IMG/VR virus record: IMGVR_UViG_3300036770_007283
Strand: one strand, 5' to 3'
DNA from: a virus
Taxonomy: Duplodnaviria > Caudoviricetes
Length of the DNA: 64,000 nucleotides
Position 1 is the stretch's first letter. Every line of letters starts with the position of its first letter. Of this stretch, positions 8,726 to 18,161 are shown piece after piece. Under the pieces are notes generated by a model, which made no database searches, was not told the DNA's origin, and was given only the letters and a program-made list of their open reading frames with translations. A program made the position numbers and the translations under genes.

Positions 8726-10583
8726 TTTTTCTTTTCCTTTGTTTTCTTCTTTTTTGTGATATTGCAGACTTCTTCTCTTTGGCCGTCATTTCTTTGGTAG
8801 TCTGTGGTGTTTTCTTATTAACTCTTTTAGAGGGCCTACACTTAGGATACTTGCCAGGTTTAGCATCAGATCGACCACAGGGAGCATATTTACCAGATTT
8901 ATCCTTTCTAGAAATATCAACCCACTTTTCTTTAAACCAGCGGCCTAATCCACTATCCTTATAAACTGCAGTTTTTAAGAAATCATCTGATAGATATTCG
9001 CTCCATCTTTCTAAGAAGTAATCTATTGGGTTGTGAATCTTTGATGCTTTCTTGTGATGGTGACCATGATTCATATAATCTAGAACGTGACCAATATCAC
9101 TTACCATATCAGATATTAATGATTCTACCCACTCTGGAACTTCTTCTTCTTTGAGGGCATTCATTATATCTAATAGCATTCCAGAAGATTCTATAAGTTC
9201 TGAAAGTTGTGATAGATACATTTCATCGTTAGATTCATTTCTATGCTTCATGTAGTCAATCACATGAGACATATCTCTAGCCACTTGTGAAATAAGCGAC
9301 TCTACCCATTCTGGTATTTCATTTTCGCTAAGTGTTTCTAGGTTATCATAAAGCTCTTCAGAAGACTGTTGCAAATTAGATAACTGTCCTAAAAACATTC
9401 TATCTTCTGCTTTGTTACGCTTCTTTTTAACCTTTGATTTTCGCCATTTACCGCCTCTTTCCTTATACCATCGGCTTGCCCACGCATTGCTGTTGCCAGT
9501 GATTGTTACAGTATGCCCTTGCTTCATAACCCAAGTACCATATTCAGTCTCTGGGCACCAAACATCTCTAAGTCCTTCCACCTCACTCTTCTCTAATTTA
9601 CTACATAAAATAATCCTTCTAGATTTTATGTGGAGAGGCTTACAACTACTGCCCTTAATAATATCGCCCTCAGAAACCATATGTCCAGTTAAAAATCCAG
9701 CAAGCCTAACCGCTTCTAGGTTTGATAAATCTTTTTGACTAAATCCATAACTACAAGAATATTCTGAGTCGTTAGTTTGCCAACCATCACACATTATTGC
9801 GGAATATAAAAATGATTCAAGCTGGCTGTAAGACATAGATAGGACCATCTTTACAGGATCTGTTTTGTATTTTATATATCTATCCAAAGATGAATTTTCA
9901 TATTTTTCATCAAGCTTCGCAGATACAACCAAGAATCCATTTCCGTTTGGCAAACTTTCAACTTCACGAAGTTTGGGCATGTCAGATTTTATATTTAGCA
10001 AAAATTCTTTTAGATTTAAATCACCATATTTTTCAGACCAGTGCTGTATTGATGGAAATATTTCTCTTGCTTTATTGTATGTTAAAATTCCAGACTTTAC
10101 ATTTGAAATTATTGTATGCTTTTCTTTAGAATCTTTTATAAAAGATTCTCTTTTTTCAAACCAACTTCTAGAATATCCTAGAACTTTTTTATGATTAGGT
10201 GTGCATTCTACAGAATAAAGAAGTCCCGGAGATTCAATTTTTATAACCTTTTGACTTTTAAATCTATGCAATGATTTTACTGGTGAATATTTTAAAGAAT
10301 CACTCAAAATATCATAGCATAAAATTTCATCACTAATATTTAATTCACCTGCCCATTTCCACCCATCCCGAGTTAATGCCTGTGAATTATCTTCAGGAAC
10401 ACAATAAGCGCTGGGATATACGTCAAATTTGGCCTTTGCCGCCGCTTTTGCCCGACTCCATAAGGCTTTGTTTGTTGGTACGTTTTTAGATTTGGCAATT
10501 GTGATTATAGTATCTTCAAATAAGTCTAAGTTATTTGAATCATAATTAATACTGGCTAATTTTAATAATCTTTCTTTTGACAT
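8673..10583 (-). CDS. conserved large-phage basic protein (DUF5872-like), intein-containing
   Basis: LWSRAKAAAKAKFDVYPSAY|intein|SNAWASRWYKERGGKW; C-terminal GLGRWFKEKWVDI...PCGR...YPKCRP; two internal ~55-aa repeats (PEWVESLIS). Confidence 0.85.
   Translation of the reverse strand: MSKERLLKLASINYDSNNLDLFEDTIITIAKSKNVPTNKALWSRAKAAAKAKFDVYPSAYCVPEDNSQALTRDGWKWAGELNISDEILCYDILSDSLKYSPVKSLHRFKSQKVIKIESPGLLYSVECTPNHKKVLGYSRSWFEKRESFIKDSKEKHTIISNVKSGILTYNKAREIFPSIQHWSEKYGDLNLKEFLLNIKSDMPKLREVESLPNGNGFLVVSAKLDEKYENSSLDRYIKYKTDPVKMVLSMSYSQLESFLYSAIMCDGWQTNDSEYSCSYGFSQKDLSNLEAVRLAGFLTGHMVSEGDIIKGSSCKPLHIKSRRIILCSKLEKSEVEGLRDVWCPETEYGTWVMKQGHTVTITGNSNAWASRWYKERGGKWRKSKVKKKRNKAEDRMFLGQLSNLQQSSEELYDNLETLSENEIPEWVESLISQVARDMSHVIDYMKHRNESNDEMYLSQLSELIESSGMLLDIMNALKEEEVPEWVESLISDMVSDIGHVLDYMNHGHHHKKASKIHNPIDYFLERWSEYLSDDFLKTAVYKDSGLGRWFKEKWVDISRKDKSGKYAPCGRSDAKPGKYPKCRPSKRVNKKTPQTTKEMTAKEKKSAISQKRRKQRKRKSEGKGRKPIRDSHSKRD
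9492..10403 (-). mobile_element. intein (304 aa) with degenerate LAGLIDADG remnant
   Basis: Starts CVPEDNSQALTRDGW; block B ECTPNH; block F DVWCPETEYGTW; ends TITGN followed by Ser+1. Confidence 0.92.
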
Positions 10584-10666
10584 GAAGAACCCGGTATCCA
10601 TAAATTATTTGTTGCATTGCCAAAACAAAACATATCAATTATCAGCCGATGCTTTAGCATATAAAA

Positions 10667-11671
10667 TTACACATTAGCAGAATGAACAGTTACATGGTAA
10701 TGTGGTCCAGAGGTCCATGTTTCATCAATTATACTTATATTAAATCTTCCACCATCTCGTATGGCGTGCAAGACTGGCAAAATCTTATCGGTATTCCATC
10801 TAATATCTAAAGCTTGTCCTGGCTCTTTGGTATGTGAGCTGCCAACAATCTCTTTTAGGTAATTAAAAAGTTCTTCGATGCAGCCCTTTCTATCCTCACC
10901 TTCTTCACCAATTTTATATTTAGCAATTATAGAGGAATATTTAGCGCCATTAGTAGTTCCATATAAACTGATTAAGTACTGGTCACCACCATTTTTACCA
11001 CCGTTAGACTTCCAATTATCAATGATAACTCTAGCCTGAGAACGCTTGCTTCTGTATCCGCTAGTTATAACCGGTCTTTCGGCACCCATTACCTGTGCTA
11101 CACGACCCAACTCATTAATAAACTTTCTTGTATCAGGTGTGATATTTTCAATATCAACATTCTGCTTGACCTTTACTAAGTTATTTGCAATAGCATCTAT
11201 TAATTCAATAGATTCATCGGGTCTGGTGCTAGCTGGTTCCACCATGCTATCTGGTGTGGATTCTGGCAAGGGTTGACTGACTGTGCCTTTATCTTTGCCA
11301 TATTCTTTAACCAAGGTCATTACAGAACCTAGCCCAGTATTCATTAGCTTTTTATATCCAGAATTATCTGGACCCATCTTAAAACCAACGCGTTGAATAT
11401 TATCATCTTTTAAGTCGGTAACAACTTCAAAGTAATCACCACCACCATGAGAGGGATCACCTTTTCCTGGTGGGATATATTTATAAGTATATTTATTATC
11501 CCCTGGCAAAGTGATAGGACCAAGTTCTGAAGGTTGCTCCGATTGTCCTTCAGAATTATCTGTGGGTAAAGATTGATTAGCCAAAGAAATTAGTTTGCTA
11601 ATTCTAAGGGCTGAATCTTTTTCTGAAAGCCAGGATAAGCTTTTTTGTAATCTAACAAGACTTCCTATCAT
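10667..11671 (-). CDS. protein with C-terminal peptidase M15 (zinc D,D-peptidase) domain
   Basis: VITSGYRS...SSH...GQALDIR...GPHYHV. Confidence 0.75.
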   Translation of the reverse strand: MIGSLVRLQKSLSWLSEKDSALRISKLISLANQSLPTDNSEGQSEQPSELGPITLPGDNKYTYKYIPPGKGDPSHGGGDYFEVVTDLKDDNIQRVGFKMGPDNSGYKKLMNTGLGSVMTLVKEYGKDKGTVSQPLPESTPDSMVEPASTRPDESIELIDAIANNLVKVKQNVDIENITPDTRKFINELGRVAQVMGAERPVITSGYRSKRSQARVIIDNWKSNGGKNGGDQYLISLYGTTNGAKYSSIIAKYKIGEEGEDRKGCIEELFNYLKEIVGSSHTKEPGQALDIRWNTDKILPVLHAIRDGGRFNISIIDETWTSGPHYHVTVHSANV

Positions 11672-11674
11672 TTA

Positions 11675-12322
11675 TCACCAATTTGGTGGGTATCTACAAG
11701 CCCAATAACCTGCTGTAGTTCTATCTTTTTTAAGGTGGCATTTGTGCCTGGCTCTAAAAGATTTCCTTGCTTTAGGGCTACTTGGCTTTGCTCTAAGGGT
11801 GGCGTCACCAAACGAAATTCTTTTCACCCTATCTCCATCCTTAACAAAGACAACATATTGCTTTTTGCCATAGCCCGGCTCGCCCTTTCTTAAGTTTCTA
11901 GGTTTGCCTAATTGAACTTTTCGACCTTTATATTCGGCAGCAGATTTGATAATCCTTTCTTCTTCTTCCATAGCCATAGGAAAGTCCAAGGGAACTAATT
12001 CACCATTCCATTCCGCAAATTCTCCTAAATTTCCTTCTAACATCCATTCTGAGTCAGAAGATACAACCAATTTTCCAGCGGTATGTAAGCTTCTAGCTTC
12101 TTTTAATAGCTCAAAGTAGGCTTCTGAAAACTTTCTATAAACTGGCTGAGTTAGTGGAATGTTATTTTCAATGTGATATCTTAAGCCATCAGAAATATCT
12201 TGATTGCCAACCAAAATTGGACCAAGCAAACCTTCTTCTAGGACATCTTTGATTTGCGCAATTTTGTCTTGTTGACCAACCTTTTGCAAGGTTTCAATAA
12301 GGGCACCTAACTTTTTCTCCAT
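11675..12322 (-). CDS. conserved large-phage protein
   Basis: C-terminal AEYKGRKVQLGKP...ARKSFRARHKC...AGYWAC motif. Confidence 0.8.
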   Translation of the reverse strand: MEKKLGALIETLQKVGQQDKIAQIKDVLEEGLLGPILVGNQDISDGLRYHIENNIPLTQPVYRKFSEAYFELLKEARSLHTAGKLVVSSDSEWMLEGNLGEFAEWNGELVPLDFPMAMEEEERIIKSAAEYKGRKVQLGKPRNLRKGEPGYGKKQYVVFVKDGDRVKRISFGDATLRAKPSSPKARKSFRARHKCHLKKDRTTAGYWACRYPPNW

Positions 12323-12360
12323 AATTAACCTCTCACAGTAAAAGAGATTAATTAGTAAAA

Positions 12361-12555
12361 TTATTCATCTTCATGAATTTCTGTCAAAAGATTGACTAAT
12401 AATTTTAACTCTTTGATTAAAGCTAATATGGCTAATTCTTCTGTCTCACCTTCCGCAGTCAAAATAGAAGATGTGGCCACCCATTTCTTTTTCTTTTTTT
12501 GAATGACTGAAACTTTTACATTAGCCTTCATGTCATCAAAGAAAATCTCTCTCAT
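12361..12555 (-). CDS. hypothetical protein
   Basis: Short ORF MREIFFDD... Confidence 0.55.
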   Translation of the reverse strand: MREIFFDDMKANVKVSVIQKKKKKWVATSSILTAEGETEELAILALIKELKLLVNLLTEIHEDE

Positions 12556-12560
12556 GAGAA

Positions 12561-12605
12561 CCCCCAAATAAAGCTAGGCAGACTATTAGCAGCTTTATTT
12601 GGGGG
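12561..12605. terminator. perfect 15-bp inverted repeat downstream of infC
   Basis: CCCCCAAATAAAGCT-15 nt-AGCTTTATTTGGGGG. Confidence 0.65.
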
Positions 12606-12618
12606 CCTGTTATTTGAA

Positions 12619-13122
12619 TTATTTTCTTGGGCCTAAAATCATAAAGATATGATCGCCCATATATTTAGGTGGTGATTCTAACTCAGCCACATCTTGAAGA
12701 TCATTGAAGATTTTTTCGCAACGTGTGATGATCAAATTAGAATGGCTGGCTTGCCGACCCAAAAAGCGAATAGAAAATTTAACACGATTTCCATCTGTTA
12801 GAAATTCTCTAGCCTGCTTTGTTTTTAACTCTACATAACTATCATCGGTCTGAAAATTAAATTTAATTTCTTTATTCTTGATAGTAGGTGTAGTGTTATT
12901 TTTTGACTTCTTCTTTAAGGCATATAGATACTTTCCATAGTCCATCAACTTACAGGTGGGCTTCTGTCCCTCGCTTACCATTACTAAATCTAGCCCAATT
13001 TCTTCGGCCATCTTTAGAGCATCTGAGCGGTGGAATTCACCGCGAAGATTTCCATCCTGATCAATTAGGATGAGTCTGTTGGCTCGAATTTCATCATTTA
13101 CAGGTAAACCTTCTGACTTCAA
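12619..13122 (-). CDS. infC: translation initiation factor IF-3
   Basis: NDEIRA..LILID..G, GLDLVMV, CKLMDYGKY, KEIKF, GNRVKFSIRFLGR; TTG start. Confidence 0.96.
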   Translation of the reverse strand: MKSEGLPVNDEIRANRLILIDQDGNLRGEFHRSDALKMAEEIGLDLVMVSEGQKPTCKLMDYGKYLYALKKKSKNNTTPTIKNKEIKFNFQTDDSYVELKTKQAREFLTDGNRVKFSIRFLGRQASHSNLIITRCEKIFNDLQDVAELESPPKYMGDHIFMILGPRK

Positions 13123-13133
13123 AATATCTTCTC

Positions 13134-14078
13134 CTATGCTAGTGTTACTTTGTCTTGGTGTGTTTTGTAATATTTGAAAAGGGCCAATTCCTTTTCTTTT
13201 GCTTCAATCATAATATCGACATCAAAACCGTGGGTGTTGATGTATTTGTAAACATAATCAGAATGTGCTTGCGGTTTAATGGTGGGATCTCCCTGTTCAG
13301 CAGACCGGGACTCGGAATAGTGAACTACTGGCTTGATACCATTCCAAGTAGAATAAGCCAAAGCCAAAGCTTCACTTTCTGTCTGGCCACCATCACAAAA
13401 AGTATGATGGTGGTAATCAAAAACAATAGGAATTCCAATTTCTTGATAAATATATTTGTACAATTCTTGTGTAGAATAAAGGGATGCTTTATCATCATTT
13501 TCTACAGTCAGTCTGCTTCTAACAGAACTTGATAAGTTTTTAAAATTCTTGATGAAGTTTTTGCAAGCTTTGGGCTTATCATCATATGCTGCACCAACAT
13601 GAATATTGATTTTGGCATAGGGTGACTGTGGAAGTTGCAAAAGATCAAAAAACTCACCATGAATTTCCAAATCCCTTGCGGTGTTTTTAATAACCGTAGG
13701 ATCTTCGGAAGGTAGTTTGTTAAAGGGTCCGGGGTGTGAGGTAAGCCTTTGGCCGACTTTTTTTGCATAAGCACCAGTTAGTTCAAGCGATTCTCGAATG
13801 GCTCGATAATCTGGCAATGATGCGATATCATAATCTGACGCCCAAGGGAACAAATCAGAGCTAATTCTAAAGAATTTTATACCTTGTTTTTCATTCCATT
13901 GCACAATTTTATTTAAGTCTTTGCAGTTTTCAAGTGCTAATTGTGATGCGTAAACCTTTCCTTTGCTTGCAAAGGTTTTCTTAATCATAGACCGGTTAGT
14001 AGTAATTCTGGAGCTTTTGGGAAGTGAGTCTAGAGTCATATTAATACAAGCATATCCTAGAGCCATATATTCCTCCAT
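13134..14078 (-). CDS. uvsE: UV damage endonuclease UvsE/UVDE
   Basis: LGYACIN, FFRISSDLFP, RLTSHPG, INIHVG, LTVENDD, PIVFDYHHH, VVHYSES, AHSDY, MIEAKEKE. Confidence 0.96.
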   Translation of the reverse strand: MEEYMALGYACINMTLDSLPKSSRITTNRSMIKKTFASKGKVYASQLALENCKDLNKIVQWNEKQGIKFFRISSDLFPWASDYDIASLPDYRAIRESLELTGAYAKKVGQRLTSHPGPFNKLPSEDPTVIKNTARDLEIHGEFFDLLQLPQSPYAKINIHVGAAYDDKPKACKNFIKNFKNLSSSVRSRLTVENDDKASLYSTQELYKYIYQEIGIPIVFDYHHHTFCDGGQTESEALALAYSTWNGIKPVVHYSESRSAEQGDPTIKPQAHSDYVYKYINTHGFDVDIMIEAKEKELALFKYYKTHQDKVTLA

Positions 14079-14096
14079 TCAATTTTGAATAAAATC

Positions 14097-14783
14097 TTAC
14101 CTGATTGATTGTAGCCACCGATATGTTACACCTAAGTTTACTTGAGTATCTCCTTCATTTATATATTCTATTTTTAGTGAGAAACCTTCCTCTATAAAGT
14201 GTCTATTTATTTCAAAATAGGACTGGCCATAATTAGCTGGCATTACAGGAACTTCAGATAAAAACTGATGAATGGTGGCACCAGTTTCCGTATTGATAAC
14301 AGACAAGCTGATCTTATCACCGACATTAGAATTGCTAGTCCAATAATAAATACCCTCAATATAAATTGAAGCATCAAGTACAAGCTCATGCGAAGTTGTG
14401 CCACTATTGCAATAATATAAATTGCCAACTAATTTTGACTCAAAAAGTTCACCGTTATCAAATTCTTCTCTAACCGGTAATATGTCTGATTTAAAGTTTG
14501 TTTCAAAATCTATTTGGTCTTCAGACTTTGGCTTTACCATAGGAACAACTACGGTCCTCAATACATTTCCGTCAAGTGCTACTACTTTATAGAAAGACCT
14601 CTCATCCTGGTAACTTATAATTCCCGCATCTTCATAGATGGAATCCATATAACCGTTACCAAAGTTACCCCAAACATATCTCAGGGTGGCGTATTGACCA
14701 TTTATCCATTTTTTAAATTCGGACCATCCCTTGTTATGATCTATTATAACCGAGCCGTCACGAATCGTAAGTGAATCAATCAT
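14097..14783 (-). CDS. hypothetical protein (likely virion-associated)
   Basis: ATGA-coupled to upstream fibre-like gene. Confidence 0.7.
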   Translation of the reverse strand: MIDSLTIRDGSVIIDHNKGWSEFKKWINGQYATLRYVWGNFGNGYMDSIYEDAGIISYQDERSFYKVVALDGNVLRTVVVPMVKPKSEDQIDFETNFKSDILPVREEFDNGELFESKLVGNLYYCNSGTTSHELVLDASIYIEGIYYWTSNSNVGDKISLSVINTETGATIHQFLSEVPVMPANYGQSYFEINRHFIEEGFSLKIEYINEGDTQVNLGVTYRWLQSIR

Positions 14784-16372
14784 AATCCCTCCGACCAATC
14801 AAAATTGCAAGTTGCTACGCTATTGTTATTGGCAGGTGTTACATAAGCAACTAATACTAACGGTCCTGTTAAAGTAACTGAAACTTGATAAGTTCTGGTA
14901 AGCGAGTTACCTTGCGCAGCATTTAAAAAGTCGCTAACAACTACAAATGGACTGTTTGGATCAGTAGGGTTTCTAGACCTAATCACTGTAACACTTGATC
15001 CACCACCCGCTGCCGCAATAATACCTGCAACTACTGAATACCCTCTAATTCCTACGCCAGAAGGAACATAGTGATGACAGTAAAATGTTTGATTATCTCC
15101 AATGCCAGTAGCCACAGCACCCGTTCCAATTGCAGCAAATATAACGCCAGTGGCATTGATTCCTGTATATAAGTTTAAAGTTCCTACATTAGACCCGTTA
15201 CTACCAACAGATATAACATCCATTCTTTCTATAAAGCAGATATTTGTAGCTACTGTGTTTACTGCCGTCGTACCGTTTAAAGTTACTGTTTCGTAAAATG
15301 GTCCAGCACAGGTTTGGTCATAATAAGTTATTCTTACTGTTCTGGCTCCAGTTCCAAGCGCCGTATCGGATGCGGAGGTACTAACCAAGCTTCTTTGAGC
15401 ATTTGTAGTCTGCTCAACATATGTAGTTTGTCTTACCGGAACGAAAACGTTGGCTGATAAGTTAGATGCTCTTCCGATGGAAGAACCAGCTGTATCTGTA
15501 GCTGGAACAACTGTTGTTGGAATAGGAACTTGGTTTGGTGAAATATAAACAACCAAAGCTTTGTCTGTAACAGAACCTACAGTAGATGCTGGCAAAACTC
15601 TTGCCGGACCATTTGTACCATCAGATATTTGTGTAAAAATAGACCTAGCAGAAGCATCGCCTGTTGGCAGAAAGTTTGTTCCATCCGTTACTTGTACAGG
15701 CCAACGATTTGCTGCTGTGTTTGGAGAGCCCTGTGCAGCAGTAGCATTTAAATTTGCAGCAGTAGGTTGAACTGCTGTAACTGTACCAATCGAATTGGTT
15801 CCGGTTGGCAAGGGCGAATTAGGCGATAAGCCAACGACAATAGACGTATCTGTTGCTTGTGCGGCGGTAGATGCAGCCTTTATTGTTACATTGTTAGTCC
15901 CATCAGTGGGTTTTACAAATATAGCCCTAGTTTTATCATCACCTGTTGGTAGAGTGTTTGTACCGTCCGTAACCTCCACAGACCAAGCGTTGGCTAAGGC
16001 AGCAGGTGTTCCTTGATTTGCTGTAACGGTTCCATCTACAGTTAGGGAACTTCCACCATCAGAAACTGGTTGCGCAGTAGTTCCGGTAGGATCTATCCTA
16101 ATTGGATTAGCTGCATCCCCTAGATCGACTGTATCCCCAGGGTTTCTTATTTGAACTTTACCAATAAGATTGGAACCATCTGGTAAAGGCGAGTTTGGTG
16201 ATAGCCCTACGACCAGCGCACTATCCGTAGCCTGGGCCGCTGTTGAAGGACTAGTCACTATCGCAGTATCTACACCATCTGTAACCTTAACAGGCCAAGC
16301 ATCTGATGATGACGCTGGATTGCCTTGATCTGCAAGGCCAGAGCTTGATTGTGTTGGAATTATTCTTGACAT
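14780..16372 (-). CDS. T/A/G/V-rich repeat protein, probable virion fibre/decoration
   Basis: Repeats W.V.VTDG(T)N.LPTGD and STAAQATD...VVGLSPNSPLP.G.N.IG. Confidence 0.75.
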   Translation of the reverse strand: MSRIIPTQSSSGLADQGNPASSSDAWPVKVTDGVDTAIVTSPSTAAQATDSALVVGLSPNSPLPDGSNLIGKVQIRNPGDTVDLGDAANPIRIDPTGTTAQPVSDGGSSLTVDGTVTANQGTPAALANAWSVEVTDGTNTLPTGDDKTRAIFVKPTDGTNNVTIKAASTAAQATDTSIVVGLSPNSPLPTGTNSIGTVTAVQPTAANLNATAAQGSPNTAANRWPVQVTDGTNFLPTGDASARSIFTQISDGTNGPARVLPASTVGSVTDKALVVYISPNQVPIPTTVVPATDTAGSSIGRASNLSANVFVPVRQTTYVEQTTNAQRSLVSTSASDTALGTGARTVRITYYDQTCAGPFYETVTLNGTTAVNTVATNICFIERMDVISVGSNGSNVGTLNLYTGINATGVIFAAIGTGAVATGIGDNQTFYCHHYVPSGVGIRGYSVVAGIIAAAGGGSSVTVIRSRNPTDPNSPFVVVSDFLNAAQGNSLTRTYQVSVTLTGPLVLVAYVTPANNNSVATCNFDWSEGL

Positions 16373-16459
16373 TATATATTCTCTCTAGAGATATGTGTCT
16401 TATTAGCAGACAAAATAATTTGTTCTATATTTCTTTTGCATAACTTTGTGGTAATTTTA

Positions 16460-16642
16460 TTATGTAATAACCCAGCACCAATGAATTGCAACAAAATCTT
16501 GTACCAATTCATCATTATCCAAATTACAAACATCTTGATATAGATTTTTCATATGCTTTATTATCTGTTCCTCTGTAATATCAATCGTACAATGACCACC
16601 TGTATAATGTGGCTCTACAAACCTATAAGTTTTCATCATCAC
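16460..16642 (-). CDS. hypothetical protein
   Basis: 60-aa ORF. Confidence 0.55.
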   Translation of the reverse strand: MMMKTYRFVEPHYTGGHCTIDITEEQIIKHMKNLYQDVCNLDNDELVQDFVAIHWCWVIT

Positions 16643-16868
16643 CTTCCGGTATGGGCGTCGTTAGTGTGTTGAGTATCATATCATAGTTACAATTTGCACT
16701 CACACAATAAATAGATAAAGAGTCTGGTGGATAATATAAGTCCCTATAAAATGGCGAATGATTATTAGTCATTGCACCATTCCTAATGGCTCTAGATGTC
16801 ATCATTGCTGCAGCTACCCTACCACCACACCAAGGGCAAATAGGATAATCTCTACGTTTTGTTTTCAT
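16623..16868 (-). CDS. small Cys-rich (zinc ribbon) protein
   Basis: CPWC ... C...C. Confidence 0.6.
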   Translation of the reverse strand: MKTKRRDYPICPWCGGRVAAAMMTSRAIRNGAMTNNHSPFYRDLYYPPDSLSIYCVSANCNYDMILNTLTTPIPEGDDENL

Positions 16869-17238
16869 CTTTTACCTTTGAGACTGTAAACCCAGATCTA
16901 TCACCAAACTCATCCCAGATCTCTGTTTCGTGAAGATAAACTGCATCACCTTCTTTCAAGGTGAGCCTCCTCACTAATTCATCTGGAATTGGTAAGAAAA
17001 ACTTACCATCATCTAGTTGAACTATTTTAGTCTGTTTTTCTATTTGTTTTTTATTTTCATCTTGCAAATCAAAGGCACCACAATTACAAGCGTGCCAGTC
17101 CCTATGCCAAGGACAGTTTGGTGGATGTTCTTCATACTTTTTCATTTGGCATCCTACAGAACAATACCGCATCCAGGAATCTGTATAGGTCTGAAACTCC
17201 CTTCCACATTCTGCACAATTTAGCTTGATTGCTGCCAT
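16852..17238 (-). CDS. zinc-finger plus AbrB/MazE/SpoVT-like DNA-binding domain protein
   Basis: CAECG...YCSVGC; C-terminal FLPIPDELVRRLTLKEGDAV. Confidence 0.7.
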   Translation of the reverse strand: MAAIKLNCAECGREFQTYTDSWMRYCSVGCQMKKYEEHPPNCPWHRDWHACNCGAFDLQDENKKQIEKQTKIVQLDDGKFFLPIPDELVRRLTLKEGDAVYLHETEIWDEFGDRSGFTVSKVKDENKT

Positions 17239-17241
17239 TAT

Positions 17242-17682
17242 TTATGCTCCTATTGGCCTTAAGGTATCTGGACTTAATTCCTTGTCCTCTACATCAACTA
17301 CGACTAGCGTACCATAAGTATCAGGCTTCATACCAAAGTTATTAAATTTGGAAATAATATTTTTGGCATAATTACCTTTACCATTTATCAATGGCCACTC
17401 AAAAGGAAGCGAAGAATACCTTCTCCAGAAAAAATCTAGACCGGAATACTCTGGCTTTCCATCCCAGGCGAAAATTAAACCAAAGGTATGAAAATTAGAA
17501 TCAATCTGGCTATCTGGATAATATCGACACCATTTTGCTGGCAAATCAGAATATCTTTTTTCAAAATAAGCCTGTGGTGGTAGAAAACCAGAATTATATG
17601 GATCCAAAATAGACTTATCTTTTGGAATCATAATTATTTTACTTATCATAAAAATATAGTCCCTCAAGATATTTGGCAGCAT
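17242..17682 (-). CDS. hypothetical protein
   Basis: 146-aa ORF. Confidence 0.65.
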   Translation of the reverse strand: MLPNILRDYIFMISKIIMIPKDKSILDPYNSGFLPPQAYFEKRYSDLPAKWCRYYPDSQIDSNFHTFGLIFAWDGKPEYSGLDFFWRRYSSLPFEWPLINGKGNYAKNIISKFNNFGMKPDTYGTLVVVDVEDKELSPDTLRPIGA

Positions 17683-17926
17683 CTTCTAAGTTATCAAATG
17701 TTTTAACCTCAGAGTTGTAAGGCGCACTAATCCATAAATTATGAAACCAAACCTTACCTAAGTAATAATTTTCTTTTGTTGAATAAAGCTCAAAACCTTT
17801 GCCGTGGATAGATTTTCTCCAATTACAAAATCTAGTAAAGAGCCAAAGAAAAATTCTTTCTCTCAGGATTGCTTCCTCTAATTCCGCTTGCGATAAGTTT
17901 GGTAAGTCCTTTGGTAATCCTTCCAT
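17639..17926 (-). CDS. hypothetical protein
   Basis: 95-aa ORF. Confidence 0.6.
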   Translation of the reverse strand: MEGLPKDLPNLSQAELEEAILRERIFLWLFTRFCNWRKSIHGKGFELYSTKENYYLGKVWFHNLWISAPYNSEVKTFDNLEDAAKYLEGLYFYDK

Positions 17927-17933
17927 ATAACAC

Positions 17934-18161
17934 CTAAATAACTAAAATTTTTTCTGCAACACTTAGCTCAATAGCAAATGTTGCATTACGTATCCTTACA
18001 ATTAGTTGTCCTAATATGGGTTTCTTTTGTATTACCATAACTGGGGTGCCAGAAACAAAGCCTAATTCCAATAATCTTGTTCTGAAGGAACCAGGCAAAT
18101 CAACCTTTTGTAGTGTATAACTTTCCAAGATTGGCAGATCAACTAATCTATTCAAACACAA
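17934..18161 (-). CDS. feoA: FeoA (SH3-like) domain protein
   Basis: RTRLLELGFVSGTPV.V...P.LG...V.IR...FAI. Confidence 0.85.
   Translation of the reverse strand: MCLNRLVDLPILESYTLQKVDLPGSFRTRLLELGFVSGTPVMVIQKKPILGQLIVRIRNATFAIELSVAEKILVI

Noticed and set aside
15102-16016. Plus-strand ORFs inside the fibre-like gene, and similar antisense ORFs in 27792-32732 and 34971-35261
   Set aside because: Antisense open frames caused by Thr/Ala/Pro codon bias; no RBS or motifs.
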